A stretch of 64,000 bases of DNA from Haplodiscus bocki (Eukaryota). Below the pieces are notes generated by a model that had not been told where the DNA came from, ran no database searches, and saw only the letters and a list, made by a program, of their open reading frames with translations. The position numbers and the translations under genes were made by a program. Where the stretch lies: NCBI GenBank assembly GCA_965655095.1, contig OZ296659.1:54684001-54748000 (forward strand), read 5' to 3'. This document shows positions 51,569-64,000 of this stretch, in pieces; positions within the stretch are counted from its first letter, which is position 1, and each line of letters starts with the position of its first letter.

Positions 51569-52559
51569 GATGGATCAGAATTTACGCTTGACAGCCATGA
51601 ATAAGATGGATATATGAGATTATATAACTTTGAAGTTGGTTAATGGCCTATACATACATTCTACATTGTACCTCAAATACTATCAAAAATGAATTTATGA
51701 AGGAAAACAGTCTTCTTTCGGGCGACTACATTCGAATTAGCAAAAATTAGTCGGAAAATTGAGAGAAAAGTGATTGAACTGAAACAGGATCGCGAAAAAT
51801 TATTGAGAACAAAAGTAGTATCTTATGATCTCGGTTGGTTTCGACCGCCTGAAATGCAGAACAGTTGAATTTCAATCTGGTTGCAGAGCTGAAAATCGAA
51901 AGATTCTATGGATGCGAAAATGAAATAGGCAGGAAAATTCAAAAGCTCAAAACCCCTTCCAATTTTGTTTCAAACGCGCCAACACTAGCGCGATAAACCA
52001 TTTGGTCCCGAATTCGCAACTTATATGAAATCCCAGTTGAATAAACCACCAGGCTACAGGCACCATTGCTGTGAAATGAAACTAACCGATTATATGTACA
52101 GCTCATCTGTGTAACAGCACCGTTTAATAGTTCAACTGTATTAGGTAGAACAGCGTATAAAGGAATATAAATGAACTGCAATCACAATCACATCTTTATG
52201 GCTTATGTAGCGGCTATATAAACTTTAAGTATTCACTCAGTATTTGATTTGTAATACTATGTCAAGGACAAAAGAAATGAAACAATGACGAAATTTAGGG
52301 AGCCATCGAGTTTTGCGGCAACCCCCCAACATATACTACGTCGTAACATTAAAAGGACCTAAAATAGTGAATGTTGAATAATTACTTAATTGATATCTTA
52401 TTTATGATGGCAAGATTATTGCTTACAATAAACTTTTATGTGCAATAATAAATACACTGTACAAAATTACCGCACTCAGGATCAAATTTGCAAAAATTCA
52501 CCCTTTTGAAATTTTTCTTTTAAAATTTTCTTTTGAAATTTGAAAGTTTTCCTTAGTAA

Positions 52560-53305
52560 CGAAAATTTTGTTGGGGGTCACAATTTTGTCTCACAGTGTC
52601 GATGTCGAAAAATTTGTGAGGTGAATTACAATTTTGTATCGCAGTGGCGAGAAATTTGTGAGGTGGATTACAATTTTTAGAAAATTATATTGTGTGAAAA
52701 TTTTTTGGACAGAAAATACGGAATTTTGGAACTGCAAGTTTCCGTTGATTTTATACAGAAAACTAGTTTTGAATTTTTCAAGAATCTTTTTCCGTTCAAG
52801 GTTTTTTGTAATAATTTTGACTTGCGGTACTTTATTTTGACACCACTAATATTTGAAGGGTTCCACCCCAAAGTCCCAAAATACCCAAGGCCAAAAACTT
52901 CTATACGCCATTATAAATACACTGTACAAAATCACTACCACATCTAGGATCAACTTTGCAAAAACTCACCTTTTTGAAATTCAAAGTTTTCCAAATTACC
53001 GAAAATTTTGTTAGGGGGATCACAATTCTGTCTCACGGTTGAGAAGTCTTTGTGAGGTGAATTACAATTTTGTCCCACATTGCCAAAAAGTTTGAGAGGT
53101 GAATTACAATTTATGTCTCACAGTGTTGAAAAATTTGAGGTGAATTACAATTTTATCTCAAAGTGCCGAAAAATTTGTGAGGTCAATTAGTGTATTGTCC
53201 CACATTGCCAAAAAGTTTGAGAGGTGAATTACAATTTTGTCTCACAGTGTCGAAAAATTTGTGAGGTGAATTACAATATTATCTCACAGTGCCGAAAAAT
53301 GTGTG
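52560..53305 (+). repeat. ~42-bp minisatellite (AAAAATTTGTGAGGTGAATTACAATTTTGTCTCACAGTGTCG) in two blocks within a larger duplicated unit
   Basis: About 3 units at 52560-52680 and about 7 units at 53000-53305; the leader ATAAATACACTGTACAAAA..GGATCAA is repeated at ~52447 and ~52913. Confidence 0.9.
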
Positions 53306-53561
53306 GGGTACCCCCGTGTATACCCAACTTTTTGAACTTCGCGGCTGTTTTTCTGTTCAACGTAATTTTCTGAGAATATTTTGACTTGTGGTATTTTATT
53401 TTGCCAGCACTAATATTTTAAAACATCAATAAACTCAAATAATTAGAGGCGTCTTGAAACTTCTAGTTCAAGACGCTGTTAATTCTCTAATTAATATCGC
53501 TATTCAATCTTGGGTATTTTGGCCTTGGATATTTTGTGCTTGGGTATTTTGTCCTGCCACC

Positions 53562-53673
53562 AAAAAAGAATCGACGAGACCCGCAATAATTATGAGGAAG
53601 GCAGAGCTGTGGGGTCAACTAAGTACTCATTGCAAATGACACATTCCAAACTTTCGATTTTCGAAGCCATCAT
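53562..53673 (-). pseudogene. N-terminal RING half of the same TRIM-like gene
   Basis: Minus-strand translation MMASKIESLECVICNEYLVDPTALP/HNYCG = Cx2C...LP(CG)HxxC. Abuts the right end of the insertion and complements CAVCR at ~22975. Confidence 0.8.
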
Positions 53674-54699
53674 GCAACACGCACTAGAGAAATTATAAAA
53701 TAAAGATCTCTTGAAATTATTTTTTCCACTCATATACACGTGGAAGATAAATCATCCACTCCCCGCTTGCGACCTTTTTACGTATACCTGTGAAGTGCAC
53801 GCTTCTAACTGAAAATTTTTCACCACCAATTATATCGATTTACTGCAGAATGCATCTGAAAAAAAATATTTCTTTCGAAAATATTTCTTTAAAAAAGGCA
53901 TCTTTCGAACAAAATTCAGGGAAATTTGAAAGAATTATGAAGTTCAATAGAAAGTCTTCAAAAACCAGAAGGGACTCAAGAGAAGTTCTCAGCAGTAACA
54001 ATCAGGCAATCCTTCGTTACAGAAACGGATTAAAATCAATCAACTTTCGAGTGAACAATACTCTCGTTGATAATGATTAAAGATGATTAAAAAATAACAA
54101 AAATGAAAAACCGCAATTTGATAAAAGCTCAAAATTATTTGCTAAACAAGCATAGACTTTTTCAGTTTTCCAAATTTTCTTTGCGCATTCCATATTATTT
54201 AAAGTTTGTCTTGCAACTTCATAACGTCACTTTACAAAGATTTCATCTACAAGTAGAGCTTGCGGGGGCTAACAAATCAGTTTCCTTGAAGGAAAACATT
54301 TTGGCATCTCCTCTATTTTCTTTTAGGATATGAGAACAAATGAAACAAAATACATCACACAACCATACTTTCATTCATTTCATCAGCGGTGAAGACAGAG
54401 ATACGTCATCATGAAAAAACCCTCTAATGAGAATTGTTGTTTTTGTGAAATTCCAGCGTAACTGGAAAGGATTTCTCCCTTGAATTTCCATGGGCTCCAG
54501 GTATTTCGGCACGTTTGGCAGTCGCATGCATACTGCCAGGCACATGAGTTATGTTCGGCGTATCGTTTCTCGCCATATTTGCAGAAGAATATTGTGATGC
54601 GTTTCTTAAATCCAATGGAGTTACAGAGATCAAAGCTAGAGGGCAGATGGTTGGCTGATCTGCAAGTTCAGTAGAAAAAATCAGCCCGCGCTTCCTCGA

Positions 54700-55400
54700 T
54701 TCTGACTTGTGGAAGGATAAATATGTTTGTCATTGTCCAGTTATTTAGCGCAATAATAAGAGATTCCACACAATCTAAATTTTGTTGGCAGAATGTTGAC
54801 AATTGAAACAAATCCAGAATTTGGAAGAGCAGAAAAAGAGGTAGTGCTGATTTTTTAACAGAAGAGACTCGCATGTCGATTAAAAATCAAACAATACCCA
54901 CTTTAGCACCCAATTTTGGAATATTTCAAGTTTGAATAAGGTAGTTTATTAAGATGTACACAGGGAGAAGCATATGTAATAAATTGGAGAATCATCGATT
55001 CAAAGAGGCATAATTTAGCATCTACGTTCACATTTGGAGACGAGTTGCGTTTGACAAAATAGAATATTCGTACTGTTTTCACAAGTTCCTTATCAATGTG
55101 CATGTTCCGCGTGAGATCATCCTTACATACACTCCAAGATCCTTCATATAATCTGCCTACTGAAGGGTTTTCATTGTTCAGTCCAGAACACATATTTGAT
55201 CCACAAAATGCAGAAAGCCATTCTTGCCATTTGCAAAATACCCTTTGTTTTGACCATTCCATCCTTCAAATCGTTTGAGATCAAGGTTTATCCAAACTTA
55301 ATAGTTGGCTTTCGCGACAAACTTCAGATCATCAGCAAAGAGCAGTGTGTCGAAGTTTCAAAGATACCTGGTTAGTCGTTTATAAAACATACGCGCTTAG
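54700..55400 (-). mobile_element. 5'-truncated LINE (CR1/L2-like) RT fragment
   Basis: TLLFADDLKF at ~55330, DLQTI..W, DDLTRNMHI, VKRN....KLCLFESMILQFITYASPC. Confidence 0.8.
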
Positions 55401-58400
55401 ATGCTTAGAGCAAGGCCCGCGAAGGTACTCAACCTCTTGACTACAAAGCTGACCCGATTCTTATGCAATCCCAGAGAGCATGTAATGAAATCTGGGGAGA
55501 TTAGGCAGAAAACCATGAGATGACAGCGGAGGTGCAAGGTAACTATCCTAACTTCAAGAAAAAATTAGCTGAGAAAGAAAACTTTGTCAAGTTAAAAGTC
55601 AACGGAAGCCAGCTGCTTTTTAGCATATGCTATATCAGAGCAGCGAGGTTCCGAAAGTTGACAACTGTATGTTAAGTAAGATTAACGAAATTGGAAACAA
55701 AAAATATCCCAAAAAGCCGTGTTTTCTCGATAAACAATCTCAGAAAACTCGACTAAAGATTTTTGGCGCAACCCTGAGGACATATGGGCCCTCCGGAAAG
55801 GCTGAAGGATAATAGTAGACACACTTGAGGCAATTTTCCAGGTGATGAGAGTCGTAGTAAATTATCGCAAAGGGCAAAAACAATTGAAAAAAAATGTTCT
55901 ACATCTAGAGTACCTCGGCCGTAAGACCCATCTACGACTGACCGTAACCAGAAAGCCTTTCAACTGCTTCTATAGGCAATCTGCTGAAAATCACGAAGCC
56001 TAGTTCACTTTTATTGTTTGTGCAACTGGATACAAAGTTTTTGGAAGAGTCGACAAAGGTTAAGGAGACCGACTTTTTGACATTAGGCAATAAATACAAG
56101 AGAAAAAATCGCTCCAGTCGAAACTTGCATCAAAACTCATTGCTATACACACCGCTTAAACTGCTCCTCAATTCGAGTGATAAGCATCTCTTTGAGACGT
56201 GCTGAACGCGCTAAACTTTAGATAATGCCAAAATTTATTTGAAAATTCAATTTTTTGTTTAAAAATTTTATGCAAAAATTTATTTGAAAATTCAATTTTT
56301 TGTTTAAAAACTTTCGGCCGAAAAATTCTGAAAAATCAGACAAAATCGGCTAAAGATTGAATGCAACTGATGTTTGATATTCCATCGCCTAACCAGAATT
56401 GAGATGCCATACAAAGGTTATTAGGGCAGAGAATTGTGAAAAAGTAACATTTGTTCTCTGAAAAAAATCTTGGTTTTCAGTTATTTTCGCCAAAAACTCG
56501 CCGGCCGAAAAAATCGGCAGCGGTCAATTACGACTTTGCCAGTCCAGCTAAGCAAAAAGCAAATGGACCCTCCAAATAATTCTGCAGAAAAAGAGCGTCA
56601 AAGTTAAGACACGCATACGGCAATGGGGAATGTCGAATCTGTCTCGAAAAATTTCAAAAAATTAAGCTTTTTCTGACGAAAACTGGCCGCAAAAAGATTT
56701 CTAGCAAAAACTATCACAGCACGCCGCTCAAAGTGAAGAGTGTTCCTTCGATTAATGCAAAAATATTACAATTCGAAGCTTACTGTAACGACAGGACTCA
56801 AAAATATACCGATTGCCCTCTAAAAAATCCGAAATTTGAAATTTTTATAGCTAATAACTCACCGAAAAAAACTTCTCGGCGGCCGAAAGTTTGGAATACA
56901 ATAGATCCTGAACCCGTGGTAGTGTATATGCAAAAATAGGATGAATCCGATAATACAATAGCTGCCGAGAAAATTAGATTCAAAGAGATGAAACGCAGAG
57001 GGATGTCACGGACGGGAAGAAAAAACGAAATCATTTTGACGTGTCCTTGTGCGAAAAGGCTTCGCTTCGCTCGCCTAAAAATAGAAGCGGTCAGACCACA
57101 GAACTCTTCGCAACGCCACTGCTTACTCTCATTTTCGTTGATTCTGTTCAACCAAGACGCAGATTTTGCTGTCTATCTTTCAGGTAGTTTTCCTGTATCT
57201 GCATGAAACAGTCCCCGACTCGAATTTTCTTCATTTTGTTAAAACTCCAGGTGCGGCACTTTATCGGATGCCTTTGCAAAATTTGTGTAGAAAGACAGTA
57301 CTTCAGTTTTGGGTCGTCATCAAGCAAGGTATGAATAGTTTTGAGATATGCAATAAAGTTCGTCTCTGTCAGCCAAAAACGTACTTAATTTTCTTCCAAT
57401 AAGGAGATAGAAACTGCCACCTTTCAGCAAGAGCGTTGCTTTCGTTGAGTTTTGTGGATTTACTTTATGATGGTGTTTGATGTGATACGCATCGAGAAAT
57501 ATCTGCGGAAAGACCATGTAATAGCTTAAGAACTATTTCTGGTTCTGCTTTTGGAGGTTCGTTTTACAAGAACTTTCAATCCGCATTCCTGCATATCTGT
57601 AGTTCCAGCAAAAACCTGTTAATGCAGCAAAACCTGCACAAGATGGATCCGACAATTCATTTATTTCCCACCACCCAGCAACCCATGTAGACTGTCGTGT
57701 TTTCTACGAGTGGAAGTATGAAATCTTACCAACGAGGTGCATTTTTCATAATGGAATCCATTGATTAGGAGGCATTTCCCAGATTCTGATTTGCAAAAAC
57801 CAACCACGGAAGACGGTTATCACAGCATCATTTTGTTGCGAGTGGAGCAACTTCAGCTGTCACCTTACCTTGATGCGAGACAGACTACCCACCCCATCAC
57901 CGAGACAAAGATGTTACTCCTTACCAAAAGGCGATTTCATTGACACAATGGCTCTGGATTGAGACGCCTTTGTTCCCATCCTGGGGACAAACTTTCATGA
58001 GGTGGTTAGCTACACCAAGTTCAACTGGAGTGCCGCCATTTTGGACAACCGTTACCCCGGATTGACGCACTTTCTGGATTTTCAGTTGTTGGCAGACCTG
58101 TTATAATTATGAGCAGCTTGCTTCATTAGACGAGGATAATTTTTGTATCATGTCCAGAATGCCTTTGAAATTAAATTGGTTCAAACGAAAACTTCATTGT
58201 CATATAGGTAACCCGCACTCGACCACTCTCATTTGCCAGCATTCAGGTTTGCACAGGAGGTAAACTGTATTACTTGTACATGTGAGGTGTAGGTTGTCGA
58301 CACCGTCTTTTTGGTGCTAGAATTTCATTTTCAACGAAGTGGACCAAAACCATTTAGAGATAGTGCAACAACCCTTCCGCTGGGGCGACTGTTATCTGGA

Positions 58401-60299
58401 AATCGCATCCCAATTTTGAGAAGGAACCGATATATCGGGAAGTTTCCAGAATCTAGAAGAAAAAAGATCAGATGCTCGCCTAAAAACCGACATAACAAAA
58501 AAGGGGAAAGTTCTCAGGATAAACCGACGTATGAACAAGAAGCGCCCGTACAAAACCTGGAAGAAGAACTGCCAAGTTACATTTGCTGATAGCTCCTTTG
58601 TGTACTTGCCTGGGAATCAGCAAGACCTCCAAAATTGAAGGGCTGTCCTGGTTAATAAAAAAGTGATATACAATGGCTCTACCATTCTATTAAAAACTGA
58701 GAATCAATTTTTGTGAAATCTCTTCAGAGGATTGGAAAAGAACCGGATTAAAACTTTCAATTCAAGTGCAATAAAAAAATTCACATCAAAGGTGAAGAAC
58801 TAAGCTTCGCAGGGTCCTAGGAATCGGTTTCACATTTGTTTGCAGGGGAATGAAGTTTGCGTCGCTTGGACATATCCTTTCGTATCGCCCGTTCATCGTT
58901 CTCCTTCATCGGGAATGGGTTTTTCAGAGGAATATCCTCCAATTGTCGATGATTGCATGGAATTCGTTTACTCAGAGACCAGGCCTCTGATCGATCATAT
59001 AATCACTCGAAGTGTTCTCTCGCTTGAACAGCTTGATAAACACATAGACCAGTCTTATTCCAGCTGATGTTGCTGATTCTGAGAATGCGTTTTTCAGCTC
59101 TTGTGACGTCAGATTTCGAGACACTAAGGACTTCTTTAAATTTTGCGGAGAAAGGCCTTCCGGGGAAACTGAGGAGAGAAGACACAGTTCTATCAGCAAG
59201 AATGAAGTCGGAAAAACTTCAGTAATGATCTACTGGATTTTTCCAAACCATCGGGAATTAGAAGTTCAAATAATGATACTACGGAGAAAAATTCGAAGTT
59301 AAATTAGGTTTGTCAATTAATTCACTCAAATCGACATCTCTATCCTGATGATTAAAGTAAAGTTACCACAAGTCCAGAAAGAAAAGAAAGCTTTGTGTCT
59401 GGACAACCCATTTCTTGTGCATTAGATTGTATGTAATTCCAAAAATCAAAGTTGCGAAGCATTATGAGGATCAATGATCAAACGTTGCACTGTCTGCTCA
59501 ATTAAATGTAAAACCATAGGTGAACAAAACGTCCAGCCTGAACAATCAAGCTCCACTTATTATCAAAGTAGAAGATTCCGTCAGTACAGACATGAGCCGA
59601 TGTTGCTTGTATCGGCAAGCGTGATCACTTTTACAACATTGCAAAGAATTTTTTTTCAATTCACAGCTCAAAGACCTACAAGTATAAAGAAAACAATTGA
59701 GCATTCCGCTTTTAGCCATTTATATGTATAATCCTCATTTATAAAAACTACAAAGAAACAGTCTGGTCTGCATTTCATTGATCTTCAAATAGGCACAAGT
59801 TTATTGAAGAAAACTAAACATTTCATAAACGTTTGTTATTCTTCGAGGCGAACAGCAACTGCTTTCTATCGAAACTTCATTGCACTTTCTCTCAGATCGA
59901 CAAAAGAGTGTGAAGTTGAAATATTCGAAAATGAAAAATCTCGAACACGCTACACTCTGTATAAAACTTATTTCAATGACTCAGTGGTGATGGAGAATGA
60001 ATCCTTTACATGTGGTGGTTGGACAATTGAGTCTTCTATGAAATTACCACCGGAAGTGTTTGAGGAAGTCGAAGAATGCTAACTTTCTTCAAAGCAAAAT
60101 CCGACGACGAAGTGAACGATCGAACTACTCTCCTTGGAACCTAAATGAATTTAACATTCCAAGTTAGACGAGTCTTATTCGACCATGACTGTAGGAACAT
60201 ACCATGTAGAGAAAATGAGACTGGATATCCGTTGATAAGGAAAAGACATTACTGTCAATATTGGTGCGCAAGACAATTAGTTCACGGATAAAAGAGGTA

Positions 60300-61917
60300 A
60301 TACCGAAAACATTTTCAACAAATTGAGATTTCTTGATTTTTTCGGATCCTATAATCGACGTAAAAGAAACTGGTTTCCATTAACCTAAACTAAATATGCG
60401 CAGGTTGAAGAAGTTTCGATTGTCGAAGATTGAGCCACTACCATGATATGTACTTGGGAAAGGATACATTACTGCTGGGCTCTAAAAAGCAAGAGTTTAG
60501 AAAAATTTTATGTGCTGTACGGTCCCGATAGCGCGAACTATTTTACCAGCTCTCATCAAGTGATGCATTCTTCAGACACACAACTTTCACCTGTGAACAT
60601 CAAGTGATAGTAGAAAACATGATTTGAGGTGGTGTAGCTATTCTCTTTTAGATTCTTTAGAGCTAACAAATGTAAAAACAGTTTTCATCCTCAAGAGGAC
60701 TACACTTTTGGACCACTTCTTTATGCTACAACTGGTATGGCAGTCAGACGGAAGAACTACCCCTAACCCTTAAAGATTTTCAAGATGTTTAGATTCTACT
60801 GGAACACACTCTCAATACGAGCATCGACTCGAACTTTGGATACAATTTCGAGGTAGATCTGGAACACCCAGACTAGTCACACACCTCGCATACAGAATTC
60901 CTTTGAGCACCCAGAAAAGAAAATATGAAAGGTCGATCAGTGAACTTCATTTGAAACTCCTGGAAAAAAAGATTGTGAAAACTGAACAAACAGAAAGTAT
61001 TGCAGACACTCAACCACAAAAACAATTAAACAGTTCATTATTTTAATTTGAAGCTATGTTGAGATTGGTTTCATCATCAAAAAAGTACATCGGGTTTTAT
61101 TATTCCCCCCGTCAGTCCGTCTACCACCATAAAGAAGAGACAACGATCGGAGATCAAGCTCCAAGAAGGATTATTCAAGTTAATGAACAACTGCTACGGA
61201 AAAACTCGCGAAGATAAGCGGAACAGAGTTCAAGTTCATCTGATGCGACCAATCGACGAACTGCAACGCACGACCGAAAAATCTTTGAAGTCATTCAAAA
61301 ACTTTGACAAGAGCTTAGCTGCCCTGAATGTCAAGCATACAAGAATGTTATGACACAAACCGACTTTAGTAGCAGTATGCGTCGTCGATTTTGCCAAGTT
61401 TCATAAGCTTTCTTTTCACAATACAGCTATGAAAAATATATGATTGTCAATTAATCTACCCGAATACCGACTTACTAGTATACGAAAACAAACACCGTGA
61501 TGTCTACAAAAAGTTAACAGATAATGAGCAGTAGAGAATTTTTCGACTTCTACAACTATCCCCAAAATCACCCCTGGTATCACAATGGAAACAAAAGGCC
61601 ACCATCTTGTTGACAAAAGAGATAGCTGGCAAAATAATAGAAGATTTTAAAGGACTCAAACCAAAAACGTTTTCTATACAGTATGGAGACAGACAAAAGC
61701 TATCAGCCAAAGGAGTTTCTCCGCTTGCACACAATATGCTTGAACATGCTATTTATTAATAACCAACATCATTAGAACTAGAAGCATACGCATCGGATCG
61801 AACCATCATCAATTGGCAACAGTTTCCAGCAGTAAAATATCGCTATCCGCAATCGATGAAAAACGCTAAATTCTAGGGAACGGTATCAACACTTTACGAT
61901 TTGGTCATTATCTTGTG
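60300..61917 (+). pseudogene. pPolB of a second, more decayed Polinton (5' boundary uncertain, may extend to ~59 kb)
   Basis: YGPDSANYFTS, EVDLEHP, KLMNNCYGKTREDKRNR (motif B), degenerate Y.DTD.LVYE, DFYNYP..HP.Y, FKGLKPK.FS, KLSAKGV, KISLSAIDEKR.ILGNGINTLRFGHY. Confidence 0.85.
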
Positions 61918-61963
61918 AGAGGCAAAGCAGCGTTCCGTGAAATAATAGAAGAGCCTGACTTCG

Positions 61964-62380
61964 GTGAAGAAAACTAATGCAGCTGATTGGCAAACATTAT
62001 CCAGATTATGGATCCGGTCAATTCGACAACAGATCCAACAGAACCTCTGCCCAACCGGGCACTTTCCCTCGAAGGTGGCAAAGTCAAAACGATTTTCAAG
62101 CCAATTTTCGAACGATAGTTGGACTGCACCTGACCCCGGCTTCCAACAAGATGAATATATCGAATGAGATTTAGATGATGTTTGGCTTGCAGAAAAAGAA
62201 ACTGACATGAAAGAACATATTACTGACTTTTAAGCAGTCTATGAAGGAGGAATTTCTATGCCCCAAAGAACACCATACAATGATGAAGAAGCGGTTGAAG
62301 TTGAGGAGAAAAGATTTACATTTGAGCATCATGAACAACCAGATCGAAAAAAAACGTCTTGTGGTAATCCTTGGTTCCGA
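61964..62380 (+). pseudogene. Acidic ORF downstream of second pPolB
   Basis: SWTAPDPGFQQDEY then D/E-rich sequence; same position and character as 45690-46133. Confidence 0.5.
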
Positions 62381-62479
62381 TAAGGAAATATAGCCTTTCT
62401 ACATCTAATTCATAAAAAATTTCATTCATATAGACACTTTTTCATTTTTGTTTTGTTCGAATGTTAGCCTCCCATAATA

Positions 62480-62910
62480 TCACAAAATATCAAGGTCGAC
62501 TTATTGTAAATATTCGACATAAGTGGGAAGACATTTTTTTGATAAGACTCTATGCACAGCTTGTAGAGCCAGCTTGAGCCGAGCAACTACGTTGATAAAG
62601 TCCCAGTTATACAGAAAACCACAGATCGAAAACGCTACCGTTCCCATGCTATAGCGAATAGTTCGCAAAGGACGCTGCTTGATCAAGAGATGAGTTTATG
62701 TGGGTCGAAATAAAACCGTCTAAATGTTTGTTTACAATTCATATTTAAAGAAATCAAGGGTTTAGAAAAGACGAGAGCATTCAAGGCTGCAGCGCAGCGG
62801 CCGGTCCCATTAGTCGTGTCACAACAAACAACTCGAAAGGGATGAGAATTGAAGAAATGGAGCTCGTGAATACAAATCAAATACAAGTTTACGGAGCACA
62901 CGCGCAGTGA
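62480..62910 (-). pseudogene. Possible decayed adenain of the second Polinton
   Basis: VVCCDTTNGTGR..FYFDPH..FSICGFLY spacing resembles vNtd..pG.HW..yFDsyG..CG.yc; convergent with pPolB as in the first element. Confidence 0.35.
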
Positions 62911-63611
62911 AAAACCTTAGCATGTGGGAATGAGACTCACTAATAGACCATACAAAGGCGCTTCAAATGCCCACCTTGGCGAAAACCTGGAAATGCACAA
63001 TTTACTAAAACAGCAAACTCGTGAAAAAAAATTGGCGAAATTAAGAATGCATGGGGGAACACTAGCGCTCGCAAACAACTCCTCCCCCCTCGATAGCACA
63101 CTTCATGTCAGTTCGAAGGGTTTCAACCCCGCGCTGAGAAGTTCCTAGTTGCAGATATATTCACAGAAAGCAAGAAAAAAACAATTTGGAAAAGTTTTTT
63201 CAACCGAAGTCGTTCAACGATGGCAAAAATTCTTTAAACGCCGAACAAAACAATCGTCCAATGGTACCAACCGCCAACATGGGGGAACCTAGACATGGAG
63301 AGTGTCAAAAAACATCGAAAAATGCGAAGAGAAAATAATTCCTCCTGAGCCAAAAATCGAGGAAAATCCATTGAAAGATTATTAGCGACCGGGAAAACAG
63401 CCCCTGATAGGTCACTTCATGGTGGTTCGAAAATATTTAACCCCCCTACGCCTTGAGATAATACCATGCGGATACAATTAAAAAGAGAAAAACTGAAAAA
63501 ATTATCAACTAGCAGTTTCTCCCAATTGAACAAAAGTTGATCGGGAAGTTGACCTAATGAGCTTCAATAAGCGAAACTCTATTATAGGTCTAAACTCCGG
63601 TAAATCTAATA

Positions 63612-63780
63612 AGGCGGCCGGTTACCACTGGCATATTATGCGCCTTACCATGTTGGTAAAGATGCCTTTTTGAACGAAAGCGTTTTTTCCAAAATACTCC
63701 GTTCTTCATCATATTTTTAAATTCTTCCAACTTTAAAAAGCTTATGATTTTTAGCCGAAAAATCGCGCTAAAACTTGGTA
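63612..63780. repeat. Interspersed repeat related to 18500-18985
   Basis: Shared CGGCCGG..CATATT..AAGATGCCTTTT core. Confidence 0.5.
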
Positions 63781-64000
63781 TACGCGGCTTTTGGGGCAAG
63801 TGTTAGAGTCCCCTCTTGTTTATACACCTCGTGTTGTCCGAAATTTTCCGATTGGATCTCTCCTACAGGTTCGATTCACTCCTACAATTCAATTTACCGA
63901 GTATGGCGCCACTATTATAGCATGGAGAATACATTTTCTATAAGGAACTCAGAACGAGAAACTATGATAGCTCCTTTTCAAATACAGTAATCCCTCGATT

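Larger units (their letters stand above)
23243..52339. mobile_element. Polinton/Maverick (adintovirus-like) endogenous element, inactivated, with secondary insertions
   Basis: Terminal inverted repeats AGTAGTATATGTTG(G)n..TTGCCGCA..GGCTCCCTAAATTTC (23243-) and GAAATTTAGGGAGCC..TGCGGCAACCCCCCAACATATACTAC (-52339). Encloses ATPase, integrase, penton, hexon and protease (+) and pPolB (-). Confidence 0.93.
23015..53561. mobile_element. Non-autonomous TIR DNA transposon (MITE-like) hosting the Polinton; own sequence is 23015-23242 and 52340-53561
   Basis: Left end GGATCCACCCCAAAA-(CAAAATACCCAAG-type repeats)-GATTGAA is inverted to right end TTCAATC-(TTGGGTATTTTG-type repeats)-TCCTGCCACC. An A-run lies on both flanks and the element interrupts the RING exon. 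Confidence 0.7.

Noticed and set aside
52560-53305. Regular ~42-bp repeats as a CRISPR array
   Set aside because: Units are degenerate tandem copies without unique spacers, there are no cas genes, and the context is eukaryotic.

Overview
AT-rich eukaryotic DNA, most likely an invertebrate animal, made up almost entirely of nested and mostly decayed mobile elements. Left part: an intron-containing Helitron Rep-Pif1 pseudogene (+, ~2.9-6.8 kb), a chimeric Ty3/Gypsy LTR retroelement (-, ~7.7-15.0 kb), an old LINE remnant, and the first coding exon of mitochondrial EF-G1 (GFM1, -, 21.5-21.7 kb). Centre: an intronless RING/B-box/coiled-coil/MATH (TRIM-like) gene on the minus strand is split inside its RING finger by a ~30.5-kb compound insertion. 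That insertion is a GG...CC-ended MITE-like element carrying a ~29-kb Polinton/Maverick (adintovirus-like) element. The Polinton has AGTAGT termini and genes for a PLA2-like protein, packaging ATPase, integrase, penton, core protein, hexon, adenain protease and protein-primed PolB. It has in turn received a tyrosine-recombinase fragment, a SET-domain fragment, a Helentron-type HINE, a 1.08-kb hexon/protease duplication, and two head-to-tail copies of a 5.1-kb non-coding TIR element. The 5.1-kb copies sit in a (GTA)n tract that is expanded relative to the empty site; this element is the most unusual item in the window. Right part: a ~42-bp satellite, a LINE fragment and a second, more decayed Polinton. 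All calls come from reading motifs by eye; no database searches were run, and boundaries of decayed genes are approximate.
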